A stretch of DNA of 64,000 bases, taken from positions 51,648,001 to 51,712,000 of the forward strand of contig NW_024704742.1 in the NCBI RefSeq assembly GCF_018977255.1, written 5' to 3'. The stretch's first letter is position 1. Each line of letters begins with the position of its first letter. Of this stretch, positions 35,560 to 49,831 are shown in pieces. The position numbers and the translations under genes are program-made. The notes below the pieces were generated by a model, which was given only the letters and a program-made list of their open reading frames with translations, did not search any database and was not told where the DNA came from. This stretch comes from Callorhinchus milii. Taxonomy: Eukaryota.

Positions 35560-35920
35560 ATTCGAGTTCAAAATCCCTTTCTTCAAATTCCTCTACAGTC
35601 TTGCCCCACCGTACCTCAGACTGTACCAACCCATTCATTCAGTGGGCACCAGCTTGCTTCATGCTCGCTACCCGAACGTTGGCAGTCGGGCTCTCAGCCT
35701 ATCTCACTCCCTAGTCTGGAACTCCATACCGGAATCCCTCCCGACTCCCACGCTCACCTCTTGAAAAGTCAGTCAAAACCTTCCTCTTTGACCAAACCTT
35801 CAGTCATCTCTCTCTTCCCTCCCCCCCCGACTCCCACTCCAGCTTGGGTGCCAGCCAGGACTGTCGAGTGCCTTGGGACATCCTCCCAACATGAAAGGTG
35901 CTATGTAAATTTGTATTGTA
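35560..35920 (+). mobile_element. old L2 3' fragment
   Basis: Translates as FEFKI..FKFLYSLAPPYL...VGSRALS...WNSIP, followed by an L2 tail. Confidence 0.75.
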
Positions 35921-37900
35921 TTCTACACATTTATAAAATAGAAAGGAACCTATTGATCCACCTGTCCAGTTTTGCAAATGTTAAATTACTACTGTTTACA
36001 ATAAATGGGATGGATTACCACAAATGTGCTTGTGCTCTGTTTCTTGACTTTACATTGAGCTGGATTCAGAACTGGAATTTGCCTTACTCCCCAGGAATGT
36101 TCAATAAGTTATGTTTTCATATCTAAAAACTGGTGGCACATGCACAGAACTTAAAAATTGATTGTTTCTTCTGAATTTGATGTGATATGTAAATTGGATT
36201 GGAAAATATTAACTGGGATTTAATTTCCACATTTACCGCCGACGTGAAACCCGCCATACAAATGTAGTTTTGTTGTTGCAACACAAGTGTTGTATAGGAC
36301 GCATATGTCTAAAGTGACCTGTTTTGCAGCACTTCCCCCGTCAAAATTAAATTGATGGGTATTTCTCAGATATTTTAACGCTTGCCTGGACTTTTAAAGT
36401 GCAAATTGTTAAAGGTGGAAAGGTGATTTCACATCTTCGAATTGTCATGTCTTACTCCTTTTTTCCTAGTGATTGTGACCATGTTTAAACATATTATGCT
36501 TTGTGTACCAGAAACATTATGATTTGGAATCTTTTTCCTATATTTTATCGTAGCTGAACCATTCATTCATTGATGGTAAAATGAGAAGGATATAGGAATA
36601 AATATGGAGGGCATTCACTCCATTCTCTGGATGTTCCTGGGGATCTTGGACTTATGCCACATGTCTGGATATTTGAATTGTGGTCATCTAAGACCTTTAT
36701 TGAAAATTACCCAATAAATGAACTAATATTAAATAAGTATGTTCTATTTTGGTCAACCTTTATATGCTGGTATTAAGCCTTGCAAGTTATATTACTATTG
36801 ATTACGGATTTAAAAATCTATGACCCAGTTACCTCTGTATTTGGCAATTTGGTTTGATGGTTGCTGGCTGCCGTTTTGAAGTGATGTATCAGCCACATGT
36901 ATTGTAGATGTGATGTATTATAGATTTTGGTTGCACCCCAGTTGTGCTATAAACCTGTGATAGGTGTTCTTTACCATGGTTCCATTACATCTGTGGTATC
37001 CATAAAGAATGCCATTTAGGAAAGCTGGAATGATTCGGAATCTTCACTAGACATAGGATGATAATTGTACTTTCAAAAAAATAGGTGGAATGCTTTATAA
37101 TAATAATATCCTTGCATTTGATATAGCGCCTTATCACATCTTTGAGACGTCTCAAAGCATTTCATAGAATTTACTGTGAAATGAATTGACTGTATATTTT
37201 GTGCTTTAGTGCTAGAAACTAAAATGAATAGAAGAGATGAATTGAGAACTTTTGGTGGGTTATTGCTGAGTTTGGGTTTTAAAGGTTTATATTGTAGGAG
37301 GAAAGAAACCATGAAAGAACTGCAGTCTTAGGGCCCTGGTGCAATGAGTCATGTCTACACAGGATCAATTTGTGTAGACTACTAGATAGTTTTCCAAATA
37401 CAATCATTGATTCAGCTCAGAATTAAGTTAAAATAACATTTAGTTATTCTTAGTATCATTTCTTTGTGGTAAAATTGTCTTCATTCAATTGGGAGCACTC
37501 TAGTCTCTGGGTCAAAAGATTCTTAGATCAAGCCCTACATTACAAGTATAGTATAGTCTGATGCTCCACTACAGCACTGAGGGGCGTTAGCATTATTGTT
37601 AGAAAGTGTTCAGGTGGATGTTACAGATTCTGTGACTATTTGAAAAAAAGCTTTTTCCAGGTGGCCTGTCCAACATCCTCCAGTTATTTGGTTATTCACT
37701 GTGTGGTACCTAATTGGTCACAAATTGGGCTGTGTTAGCCCGAGTGTTTTGAGATACTGTTTTTAGGCGCTATATGAACTGCAAGGGTTATTTGGGGTTA
37801 TGCATAATCTGTGAGACATGGAAATGTTTGAAATGTAATGGTAGCTTGCATGATGGGATCAGATTCCAACATGCATGCACCTGCTACAACATGGTAGTCA

Positions 37901-38105
37901 CATAATAATAATAATTTGATATAGCGCTTTTCACGTCTTCTAGACGTCTCAAAGCGCTTCACAGAATATACTATAAAGTGAATTGACTGTATATTTGTGG
38001 GCGAACGCGGCAGCCAATTGCGCACAGCAATGTCCCACAAACAGTCGTAGATTGAAAATGGCCAATTTATTATTGTTTTTTTTTGGAGGGATTATTATTA
38101 GGCGT
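37901..38105 (-). mobile_element. 5'-truncated SINE (short form, older tail); another 3' fragment at 37097-37205
   Basis: Matches the family 3' half and (TAT)n tail. Confidence 0.85.
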
Positions 38106-39079
38106 AATATCACACTATCAGCACTGAAATAGCAGAACTGAAAAATAAAACGTACTGGGAAGAAACGGGTTTCCACTTTTATACCACCTCTTGTATGAGG
38201 TAAACACTGAGGTTGCATTGCACGTACGCTGCATGTGACAGGTGGTGCCTGTGTTCATCAGCTTCTAACATCGTGCTATATGCACGTTGACTGTCCATGC
38301 TTGGCTTCTTGGCTTGCATGTTTGCAGGCAATAGCTGAATTCACAGTAAATATTTCCAATTGGTTAGCTTACAATAATGGTTGTTGCAATAAGCTTAGCA
38401 GAGGAACTTTATACATATGAAGTGAGACAGCATTTCCCTCTGGAAGTTTATAATTTCATAACATTGCCATTTTCATTGCTAATCGTTTCTGAATTTAAAA
38501 ACGAGTTTCTTAAAAGAGAAACCTCCAAAGCCATATTAAATATATAGGCCGCAGATGATATTTTACATTTCTTCAGGTACTAATTTTGAATCCACTGACT
38601 CGTATAAAAGTGGGGAAAAATCTAGAAGATGATGGCTGCAAAAAGCAATGGATATTGATCTGTTTTACTGGACTGAGCTGCTGAATTTAAGATCTTTGTC
38701 TAAGCAAATATTCATCTTCACGCTGTGAGTCACCTGACCATGATCTTGAGTACAATCTGAAGAATATTGGACTGATTTGCTGGAGATCATCATCTGAAGA
38801 ACTAGTGACTGCCTTGGCACTATTTCAAGGAAATTCAAGAGTAGAAAATGCTATTATCTGCACAGCTCATTTGCTTAATCTGTATGAGTATTCTGACGGA
38901 AGATATTCATGTAGATGAACGGGCTTTAATTTTATTGCTTACTTTGAACTTTCTTGGAAAAAATAGGATGTCAATGATATCTGACATGAGCCAACTGTGA
39001 CCAATTGGTTTATGTGGTATTGTCTCAGTAATTACAAGTACAAGTGCATTGACACAGCCTACATCTGAAGGGGGGGGTA

Positions 39080-39325
39080 AATTCAGAACAAATCTGCGGA
39101 AGCACTACTTCAATGAGAGTTATGAATGTATGGAATAGGCTCTCTTGGGAGACAGTGAAAGCAGAAAATGTAATTTGTTTCAAGAAAAAATTAGATTTCT
39201 GCTAGAAAATAATATCTTGGGATAGTGTATAGTTTGGGACACGACAAGCAACTGCCAGGATGGTGGAAGACGAACTAGATGGAACTTGGTCTTCCTTCGC
39301 CTATCAGATTCTTAGGTTCTTATGC
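39080..39325 (+). mobile_element. old CR1 3' fragment
   Basis: HYF..RV.N.WN.L coding remnant and a GAACTAGATGG...TTCTTAGGTTCTTATG tail. Confidence 0.6.
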
Positions 39326-39684
39326 TATAGGATTGTTTGGGCAGAATTATGTCACCCTTGAGAAGAAAATATTAAACCATGCTTAAAAAGCTCAAAAGTA
39401 CTTGACATTTAGGAGCTCAACTATATCAGGCAAAATCCTTTTTCAAATTAGCAAGAGGTGATTAATGTTTTTGGTCGGTTCTTTCAATAAGCTATAATAA
39501 TTTGCTTTGTTTTGAAAAGCTGTGCTCAAATGTTTGTGAGTTACATGCTGCTTTGTATGTATTTAAAAATAAATAAGTAATTTATACACAAAACATCTGA
39601 CTTTCAATTACCATGACAGAATTGCAGGCTTGTTAACCAATAGTGAGTGAAGTAATGTGACAAACGCATGCAGCAGGTTTTCAG

Positions 39685-40010
39685 AAGTGGCGGAGAGGAG
39701 GATGGCCCGGTCAACTGTCAAACGCTACAAAGAGATCCAGGAGGACGAGGAGGCAGAGGGAGTGCTGGTCACAAATAGAGGATGTTTGTGACTGACCAGC
39801 GCTGTCTCTGCTGTGGGCAGGGCGAAAACCAGATTGCAAGGGCTCGAGGAGGGAGTGGAGGGAGAGGTATGACCGAAGTTGACCTGCAACAATGGGTTCC
39901 ATGACTGGCAAGGAAGGGTTGGAAATGGGATGGTAGTGTGAGAGATTAGAGGGAACACGGTTGTTTTTTTTGAGGAGGGGCGCGAGCATACATGGGATGC
40001 ACACAAGATC
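39685..40010 (-). mobile_element. L2 RT fragment
   Basis: Translates as PLLKK...LSHYHPISN...LLEPLQSGFRPAHS...LLVLLDL..AFDS. Confidence 0.8.
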
Positions 40011-40189
40011 TTGATGTTTCAACTGCCTCTTCGTTTTTGGATCTAAATCTAATGCAGCTAAGTCTTACCTCAGCTGCGATGTTTCATGTGACCTTTTCCA
40101 AGCTGTGATCTATCCAAAACAAGCTCAGCTCATGGATCTAAACCTGCACAACCGATTTAATCTGAATTTGCAAATTGTGTTCCTTTTGG

Positions 40190-40618
40190 TATTGGCTTGT
40201 TTGTTTGGTAGCATTCTTGCCTGAATCTGAAGGATGTGGGTTTAAGGCCATCGCCTGAACTTGTCCAGGCTGACAATCCACTCCAGTGCTGGATTACATT
40301 GTTAGAATATACATTGTTAGAAGTAGCACCTTCTGATGAGAATTGAAATTGAATGAATTGAGAATTGAAATTGAAGGTGGCTCTTGAGATGTATGTTAAG
40401 GATACTGTATGTTGTGGCACTATTTAAAAATAGGTTATTGTGTCCTGGTGCAGATAAAATTGGTGTATCTCTTAATGGCTGACTGGAATATTGCTGTGTG
40501 AAAATTACTGCTGCATTTGCCTAAAATAGTCATTTGCTTTACAGTAAAATCCTGTGAAGCCCTTGAAGTTTCAATAATGTGAAAAGATGCTTTATCAAAT
40601 GGAAATATTTTTATTATA
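40190..40618 (+). mobile_element. old Deu-domain SINE; related copies at about 37480-37790 and 60355-60640
   Basis: Head (GGTAGCA..CTGAATCTGAAGG.TGTGGGTT), Deu-like GCACCTTCTGATGAGA and the shared tail. Confidence 0.6.
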
Positions 40619-41142
40619 TGTAATTGATTTCTGAGTTTCACTGCTTTTACAGCAGATATCCATGTTGCTTTGCAGGGAGAAGAAAATTCTCATTTGATCC
40701 CTTATTTCATATTTGCAATGGAATCTTAAATTAGATTCCTGGTTTATCCTAATTCCCTTTGTCTGAGGAAATTTTGATCTGTTTACAAACTTGTACAATT
40801 TGTAGCAGTTAATGTTAAGTATTGAATAACTTTAATAGGACATCTGTACATAATTTTGTTCAAAGAATCCAGCTGTACTATAGACAGATACCTTTGTAAT
40901 TTTGGTGCAAAATCTTCCAAGTACAATTTATACATCTGAAAATTTCCAGCTGCCTTTTCAATCTATAGTGTTTATGTTTGAACAAATATTTACAAAGTTT
41001 TGCATTATTTAGTGTATGAAAATGGCTGACAATTTGACAACTCAGTATTTGCAACAAAATCTGAGACAAATGTCTTCATGTTCTGTCAAGATTGAGCACA
41101 GTGATTCACTACCCAGTGAATTTGAAAACAAACAGTTTATTA

Positions 41143-43290
41143 TAGGAACATAAGAAGGAACATAGGAACACGAAGAGGCCGTTAAGCCCTTCGAGCCTGT
41201 TCCACCATTTAATTAGATCATGGCTGATCGGTACCTCAGGTAATCCTGTCAATTCCAATTTCCCACTTTCTCCCCATATCCCTTAATATCCTGACCTATC
41301 AAAATCTATCAATCTCACTCTTGAAGGTGAGGCTGGATCCAGCTTCCATGGCCCTTAGCAGGAGAGAATTCCAGATTGCTCCCACCCTTTGAGTGAAAAA
41401 ATGCTTCCTGATTTCACTCTTAAATGACCTGGCTCTAATTTTAAGACTGTGACCCTTGTTTTGGATTCCCCCACCAGAGGAAATAGCTTCTCTGTATCTA
41501 CTGTATCAAATCCCTTTATCATCTTTAATACCTCAATCAAATCACCCCTCAACCTTCTAAACTCAAGGGAATACAATCCAGGTTTACGCAGCCTTTCCTC
41601 GTAACTTAACCCTCTTGGGACTGTAACATTCTGGTGAACCTGTGCTGCACCCCCTCCAGGGCCAATATATCTTTCCTGAGGTGTGGTACCCAGAACTAAA
41701 TGCAGTACTCCAGATGGGATCTGACTGACGCTCTATACAGCTGAAGCATCATCTCTTCTCCTTTGCATTCCAGACCCCTTGAGATAAAGGCCAATATTCC
41801 ATTCACCTTTTTGATTACTTTTTGCACCTGGGAACTAGTTTTTAGTGATTTGTGGATATGGACATCCAAATCTCTTTGCTCCTCCACAGTTCTTAATTTC
41901 TCCCCATTAAGAAAATATTCAGCTTTATCTTTTTGACCTCACACTTCCCTACATTGAACTCCATCTGCCACAGCTTTGCCCACTCACTTAATCCTGTCTA
42001 AATCTCTTTGTAACTTCCTACTCCCATCTACACAATTTACTGAGCCTCTTAGCTTAGTGGAATCTGCAAACTTGGATATACAACTTTCTAGTCCTTCATC
42101 CCAGTCATTTATATGGCGAATAACTGGAGTCCCAGTACAGACCCCTGGGGGACACCACTTGTCACATCTCACCAATCAGAGAACATTCCCTTTATCCCTC
42201 CTCTCTGGTTCCTGCCCCCCAACCAATTACCAAGCCACGTCACAAGGTTACCTCCGACTCCATGCGCTTCCATTTTCGCTAATATTCTTTTGTGTGGAAC
42301 CTTATGTGTGGAAACGCCTCCTCTGTCATCACCACCATATCCTCCATGAAGCTCACCACCTACTCCCTGGACCCCATCCCCATTCCTCTCCTTAAATCCC
42401 AACTCCACCTCCTTGCCCCACTACTCGCTGACATCATCAACTTCTCGCTGTCATCTGGCACTGTTCCTACACCCCTCAAAACAGCCACTATCAAACCCCA
42501 CCTTGAAGAAACCTACCGGCCCATCTTGCTCCTCCCTTTACTGTCTAAGGTCCTTGAGAGAGCCGTCGCCTCCCAACTTTGCTCTTTCCTTTCCTCCCAC
42601 TCCCTCATTAAGCCCCTCCAATCGTGTTTCCGTGCTGCCTTTTCCCTTTAAAATCCAATCATATTATGATCACTATTTGCAAGATGTTCCCTTACTGTCA
42701 GATTGTTAACTAGTTCTGGCTCATTACTCATCACCAAACCCAATATGGCTTGTTCCCTTATTGATTCTAAAACATATTGTTCCAAAAAACTATCGTGAAT
42801 ACATTTTAGAAATTTGTTGCCTTTACTACCTGAGGTGTCCTTCTTCTCCCAGTCTATGTGAAAATTAAAATCTCCCATTATAACCACGTTATAGAGGTCT
42901 TGCTCTATAGCTTTTGCTACATGCTTCCCTGATCTCTATTGATACATTTCCCCAGTATATCACAACTCTCTGGAGGCCTGTGGACTACTCCCAACAGAGT
43001 CTTACCTCCTTTGCTGTTCCTTAATTCTACCCACCGTGTTTCCACTATCTGATCACCCTTACTGAACTCTTTCCTTTCCACTGCTGTAATAGTGTCTTTT
43101 AATCAATATTGCTACTCCCCCTTTCCCAATATCCCTGCCTTTTCTAAAGATCTTATAGTCCTGCCCAGCTTATAACCAGGTCTCTGCAATGGCCACTACA
43201 TCATACCTTTAAGCTAAATTTGTGCTTCTAACTCACTTGTTTTATTTCTTATGCTTCGTGTGTTTGTGTACATAACTCTTATTTGGGTAA
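41143..43290 (-). mobile_element. decayed CR1 LINE whose internal deletion is occupied by a plus-strand L2 RT fragment (~42315-42640)
   Basis: Minus strand reads VIMGDFN, ILGLVMSNE, SDHNMI, KVPHKR, ISKFADSTKL and LEFRRLRGDLIEV, with a (CATA/GGAA)-type tail at 41143-41170. The insert reads LDPIP..LLK...L.DIIN.SLSSG.VP..LK.A. Confidence 0.9.
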
Positions 43291-43740
43291 CTGTCCCCAG
43301 TGATTGGTAACTATACTAGTGACTGTATAGGTAATTACTACAGTTAGTTAAGTAGGAAGACCTAAGTAACACAACTTGTAGATTGATAACTGCTATATTT
43401 TCTGGTATAGTGTTCAGTTTCTGGAGAATTAAATATGATTCCAGAAAAGTCAGTGGTGTGATGTTTTCATTTGTCAATACAGGAACATTTTGTTATATTC
43501 CACATATTTAATATAAAAGTGAGCTACAATGGGTTCCCCTGCGTCATGCCTGAGTAGGGGAGGGGAACGGACGGACAACTTGAGAGGACTTTCTTTGGCT
43601 TCAACTCAGCACACGTCCTTAACATATATGTTTTAAAATAGACTGATTGGAATGACCTGTTTAATGTTTAGGGTACCTTGGAAATGCCAACATCAAAGGA
43701 GGGGATGGATAATTGTCTGCATTTTTCGCATGTGAGCAGT

Positions 43741-44061
43741 AATAATAATAATAATAATAATCCTTGCATTTGATATAGCGCTTTTCACATCGGGAGGACG
43801 TCCCAAAGCGCTTCACAGAACACACTGTAAAGTGAATTGACTATATTTGTGGGCGAACGCGGCAGCCAATTGCGCACAGCAATGTCCCACAACCAGTCGT
43901 AGATTGAAAATGACCAATTTATTATTGTTTTGTTTTTGGAGGGATTATTATTAGGCGTGTGGAGTAAGGAAACTTGCCCAAGGTTTCGCCCTCTGCCTGG
44001 AATTGAACTCAGCTCTCTCGCTTGCAAAGCGAGTGCTCTAACTACTGAGCTACAGGACTCC
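43741..44061 (-). mobile_element. young tRNA-Ala-derived SINE (short form, L2-matching tail)
   Basis: Complete head to (TAT)n tail. Confidence 0.95.
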
Positions 44062-45705
44062 ACAGTAGTAAGATTTAGCCAGGGACTCGTTTATATAAGA
44101 TGTTGTGAAATTTGTCTCTAACTACTTGAATCACAGAAAGACTTGGAGAAACACTGGCACCAGTGTGGGTAATAGATTAGTTGCAGCTTAATGAATGGTA
44201 CATTGACCCTGGTTAAATGATTGTTGAAGTGTGCTGTAAATATCTGTATCCAAGAATTCTGCAGAGTCCTGTGTAAAGCTTTCCAGCTGGTGTGCACGAC
44301 TGATGTTCGTGTTTCACTCACTACCAATTGTTAATGGTTCAAATTCCAATCAAACCTTTTTGAATTACTACCAGTAGGAAGTAAAGCTACCCAATTAAAA
44401 TCCTAGAGCAAAAGTACACGAACTGCACAGCTCTGGATTGTCTACAGTTTGCGATTTGATCAGTTCAGAATGTGAAAGCAGCAGTTGTGTATGACAGGCT
44501 CAAAGCTTTTCTGTGAGGGTTTTGAAGTCAGCATCATATCATCTGATGGTTCATGTGTGTCTTGCTACTATCCCAAATCTTTTTGGATACTTCTAATATT
44601 GACTCTTGTACCATTGAAGGATTCTATTGCAACTATCTGTTTCTTCAGATCAGGTTTTCACAACTAATAAATACAAGTAGTCTATAATTCAGCATTATTA
44701 TGGTAACATGGAGCTTTGGATGTGAGCACATAACTCTTGATATATAAAAGTTTATCATATGTGTTCCCTTTGCTTCCAAATACATAAATGTTATGTTGCA
44801 TTCATTCTACCATGAGCTGTACTGGAATGCTATCAGGTGCCATACTGTGTTGAATTTTTTTTAAAAGTACTCAATTCCTTAATTGGTCACATGCATTGCC
44901 TGAAACCATACAAGGTCAGAACATCATTGAAAGAGATAATAATAATACACAGCAGTCATGTTAGGATGTAGTTTAATTCAGGTCAATGCATCTGGATTGA
45001 AAATTGTAGAAAGTTAACTGTGATCCAGCAGAGGTTATGATGTTATGATAGCTTTGAAGTAAAGATCTGAAGGGAAGTTTCAACCTCCATTCCTTGATCG
45101 TTTGATGTCTTCAATTGCTATCCTTTGATCAAAGGCACAATCACTAAGTAGTGAGGCAGTATTAGTGTCCAGGATTTTACTGCACATCAGTGTCTATCTT
45201 ATTACAATCAATTATGCGTGAGATATCTCTCAAACTAACATAAGTAGCATTTTTTTCTAGTAAGGATCATGTGGTGCCAGACTATCAAATTCTACCAAAT
45301 TACTACAAAGATGCTAATTAAATTATGTGATCATTTCTTCAGAGATTGTTCCTACAGTTTTATTATCTGTGTCATATCTATTGTATTATCCTAATAATGT
45401 CAAAGGCTCTATTTCTTGCAGTTTGTTTTCTTCTGCTTTGTTTAAAAACTCCAGAAATTGGCTTCCAAATTAGGACAATTTTACGAAATTCTGTATAATG
45501 TTAAATTTAAGGCTAAGGCCATGAGATATTGGGTTTCAAGTGTTGATGAACATTTGTTGGTGAAGGTAGAGCAAAATAGAAAATTATTTCTATAGTTTCC
45601 CTCAATGGATCAATGGATAAATGAATTGAATGATGTGACAATATTGAGGAAGGACCCAGGTTCCTGATTATGAGTTAAATTTGGTGATCTTAGTCAGGGT
45701 GATAC

Positions 45706-48700
45706 AACAAGAACAACAAAATTACATTTATAGAGCGCCTTTCATGTCAGGAGGACGTTCCAAAGCGCTGAACAGTCAGATGTCGGGGCCCAAGAATGGA
45801 GGGGGGGGGGGGTGTAGGGTGAGGGAAGGCAGAGAGGTGGGAGGGAGACCAAAGGCATGGTCAAAGAGAAGGGTCTTGAGACCGGCCTTGAAGGAGGCAA
45901 CGGAGGAAGCGAGGCAAAGTGACTGTGGGATGGAGTTCCAGTGTAGGGGCAGAGAGGCTGAAAGCCCGGCCACCGATGATAGGGCGAGTTGGGCGGGAGA
46001 CATGGAGTAGGCCGGAGCCCGATGAACGGAGGGAGTTGGCAGGTTGGTAGGGAGTCAGCAGGTCAGAGAGGTAGGAGGGGGCAAGGCCATGGATGGCCTT
46101 AAATGTGAGGACAAGGATTTTGAACTCGATCCTCTGGGGGATAGGGAGCCAGTGGAGTCGGGCAAGTGGGAGTGATGGGGTCGCGGAGCCTGATGGGTCA
46201 GAGTACATGAGCTGCAGAGTTCTGGATGATCTGCAGCTTGTGAAGGGAAGAGTTGAGAAGGCCGATGAGGAGGGAGTTCCCGTAATCGAGCCTTGAGGTG
46301 ACGGATGCATGTGTGAGGGTTTCGGCAGCCTGAGGGGTGAGGCAGTGGCGGAGTTGGGCAATATTGTGGAGATGGTGGTAGGCAGTGCCGGTCATATTGC
46401 GGACGTGCGGGAGAAAGGACACTTCAGGGACAAACAAGACACCCAGGTTCCTGACTGGCTTAGTGAGGTTGAGTGTGCAGCCGTGGAGGCTGATGCTGCC
46501 AATGCCTGAGGTGCGGAGGCGCTGGCGTGAGCCAATCAGGAGGGCCTCGGTCTTGCTGACGTTGAGTTGGAGAAAGTTGGCACTCGTCCAGGACTTGATG
46601 TCGGACAGGCAGTCGGTCAGGACGCCAGTGGTCCTGGAGTTGAGGGTGGAGGCAGAGAGGTAGAGTTGGGTGTCATCCGCATACATGTGAAATTTACCCC
46701 ATGTCTGCGGATGATGTCACCAAGGGGGAGCATATAGAGAGTGAAGAGGAGGGGACCGAGGACAGAGCCCTGAGGAACACCGCACGAGACAGTGCGGGGG
46801 CTGGGGGAGAAACCGTTTGCCGTGACGAAGTGGAGGCGGTGTGAAAGGTAGGACCTGAACCAGTCAAGGACAGAACCTTGAAGGTTGAGGTGGGGAGGAG
46901 AGGCGGTGGAGGAAGATTGAGTGGTCCACAGTGTCAAAGGCGGCGGAGAGGTTGAGGAGGACAAGGAGGCAGAGGGAGCCCTGTTCACGCATGGTCATTT
47001 GTGACCTTGTGACCTTGACCTGTGGACAGCACGGAAACCAGATTGGAGGGGCTTATGGAGGGAGTGAGAGGACAGTAAAGAGCGAACCTGTAAGGCAACG
47101 GCTCTCTCAAGGAACTTGAATAGGAAGGGGAGATTTGAGATGGGCCGGTAGCTAGATAGCTGTGATGGGTCAAGGGAAGGTTTCTTCAAGATGGGGGTGA
47201 TAGTGGCTGTTTTGAGGGGGAAAGGGACAGTGCCAGATGACAGGGAGAGGTTAATGATGTCGGTGAGTAGTGGGGCAAGAAGGTGGAGCTGAGATTTAAG
47301 GAGAGGGGTAGGGATGGGGTCGAGGGAGCAGGTGGTGGACTTCATGGAGGTTACCGTGTTGAAGACAGAGGAAGGGGTGACAGGTTCAAAGGTGTGGAAG
47401 GAAGGATGGGTAATTGTCAGATGGGTAATTGTGAGGGGTGGGTGTAGGGAGGGGTTGGAAGTTGGGAGGGTAGTGGCAGCTGAGCGGATTCCCTTGATTT
47501 TGGACTCGAGGAAGTCCAGCATTTTCTCGCAGTAAGTGTCAGAGGAAAGTATCTGCGAGGCATGTCAGGGGAGGAGCCGGTTAGTGGTGGAGAACAGGAG
47601 CCTGGGATTGCCTTTAGCCTCCAGGATTAACCTGGAATAGAAGGATGATTTGGCTGAGGCGACAGTGGAGCGGTAGTTCTTGATGAGGTCCAGCCAAATG
47701 TAGCGGTGGACCGTTAGGCCGGATTTGAGCCAAGTACGTTCAGCAGCCCGCACCTGTCCATTAAGCAAGTGGAGGTGGCTGGTGAACCAGGGTGAGAACC
47801 AGGAATAGGAGGCAGTTTGGGAGGTGAGGTGGGCAAGGACGTCAAGTGTGGTGGAGAGGGTGCTATGGAGAAGAGTGCAGTGAGTGGGTTGTTGCAAGAG
47901 GTGGGCCAGAGGGGGAGGAGATCAGAGGACTCCAGGGCAGTGGAGAGGGATTGCGGGGAGATCTTCTTCCACGGACGGTAGAAGATGGTGGTAGGTTTGG
48001 AGGCAGTGGGGAGAGGGATATGGGAGTTAAGGGAGATGAAATGGTGGTCAGAGATGGCCTTGTCAGTGATGGTGACATCCGAGACCCTGAGGCCCCGGGT
48101 GATCAACAGGTTGAGCGGGTAACCGTGGGTGTGGGTAGCAGAGTGGACGTGGAGGGAGAGGTTGAGAAAGGAGAGGGGAGAGTAGAAGTCTGGGGAGGTG
48201 AGGCAGGAGGGGGTGAAGTGGAGGTTGAAGTCGCCTAGGATGATGAGGAAGTTGGAGCAGAGGAAGAGGGAAGCAAAGAGGGTGGAGATGTCAGAGATGA
48301 AGGTGGGAGAGGATTTTGGGGGGACGGTAAAGTAAGAGAATTTTCAGAGAGAGTTGGGAGGGATGGCAGAGGGTAAAGTGTTCAAAAGAGGGAAACGAGC
48401 TGGTGGAGTAGGGGGATAGGGCAAATGATGCCCTGGATATGAGGGCTATACCACCGCCATGACGGTTGGAGCATGGGGCATGGTGGTAGGTGTAGCCGGG
48501 TGGTGTGACCTCAGTGAGGGGTAAGGTGTCACCTGGGGTGATCCAGGTTGCTGTGAGGGCCATGATGTCAGTGTTCTCATCGAGGATGAGTTCATTGATG
48601 GCCAGGGTCTTGCTGGAGATGGAGCGGACATTTTGAAGTCCAATGCAGAGTGGACAGTTGACAGGGGGATGTGTGGCATGGGAGGGGTTAGTGGGTTGGT

Positions 48701-49032
48701 TGAGAGGGAGGGTGGGGATGCAGATGAGGGAGGAGAGGTTAGTCCCTGGGGTCAGGGTCCAGGGTGGCTTGCGGCGGTAGTGGGGAATGGGGCAATTGGT
48801 GTGGCTGCTGCTGAACAGCCAGTGCTGAGTGCCGCGATGAGACCGGCAGAGGATTCCCAGGCTGGAGCAGAGGGAGGCTTTGGGAAGGGGGGTCAAGCAG
48901 AGATAGGAGGCGGGGAGGGTGGAGAGAGAGCAGGACAGAGCGGGAGAGTTACAGAGAGGTGGGCATTTTGAGGGAGGGTCAGCTCGGGTCGGGGGCAACT
49001 GCCAAGATGCGCACGCTGGGACAAGAGGCGGC
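45706..49032 (-). mobile_element. near-full-length L2 LINE ('L2-A'): APE endonuclease + RT, frameshifted
   Basis: The endonuclease reads IGLQNVRS..K...DIMALT.TW...PPGY..HH..R..GGGIA, YRPPK, ILGDFN and SDHH.I. The RT reads [30 protein letters not shown] and YADDTQLY. The (CAA)n tail is at 45706. Confidence 0.95.
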
Positions 49033-49718
49033 TCAGAGCACTTCACAGTAACGGATCCCGGGGCCAAGCCAGGGGGAGGGGGAGAAGGTGACCAAAGGCG
49101 CGATCGAAAAAAAAGGTCTTTAGCAGGGAGCTGAAAATAGGAAGAGAGGGGGTGAGGTGAAGGGAGTGAAGAAGGGAATTCCAGAGCCTCGGAGCATAGT
49201 GGCAGAAGCATGGCCACCGAGGGTGGAGCAGAGGATTTGGGGGACGAGGAGGAGGCCAGACCCAGAGGAACGAAGGCAACGGGTACTGTTTTGAGGAGAG
49301 AGGAGGTCAGAGAGATAGGGGGGTGCAGAGAAGTGGAGAAATTTGAATACAAGGATGACGATCTTGAAGTCGATCCTCTCTGGGAAAGGTAGCCAGTGCA
49401 GTCTCGCAAGGACTGGGGTGATCGGGAGAATGCGGATGGCAGAGTTTTGAATGATCTGGATTTCATGGATGGTAGTGGATGGGAGGCTGGTGAGGAGTAT
49501 TCCAGCTGAGAGGTGACAAAGGCATGGACTAGGGTTTCAGCGGCTTTTGGAGAGAGGTATTGGCGGAGATGGGCGATGCGTCGGAGGTGGAAGAAGGCGG
49601 TGCTAGTGAGGGACCGGATGTGGTGGAGGAAGGATAATTGGGGGTCGAACTTAATGCCTAGGTTGGTGAAGTGCCATCCACCTTGACGTTCCTTGGGTTT
49701 GGAGAGTTTTAAGGGGAA
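49033..49718 (-). mobile_element. L2-B fragment lacking the end of its 3' tail, abutting the 5' end of L2-A
   Basis: Closely matches 26820-27500 (NLG..FDPQLSF..HIRSLTS.AFFHLRRIAHL). Confidence 0.88.
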
Positions 49719-49831
49719 GTTGAGCAATTGTTCCACCAGTTGGACGGGCAAAGTTTGAGCAGCAGCTGTTTGCCTCTCTGCAAACCAATCAAGAAGGATT
49801 CCAGGTGCTGGATGTATCAACTCGTGTTCAT

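Noticed and set aside
48291..49820. 509-aa ORF, the longest in the window
   Set aside because: It is a chance read-through across flanking sequence, an L2-B fragment and the L2-A endonuclease, not a host gene.
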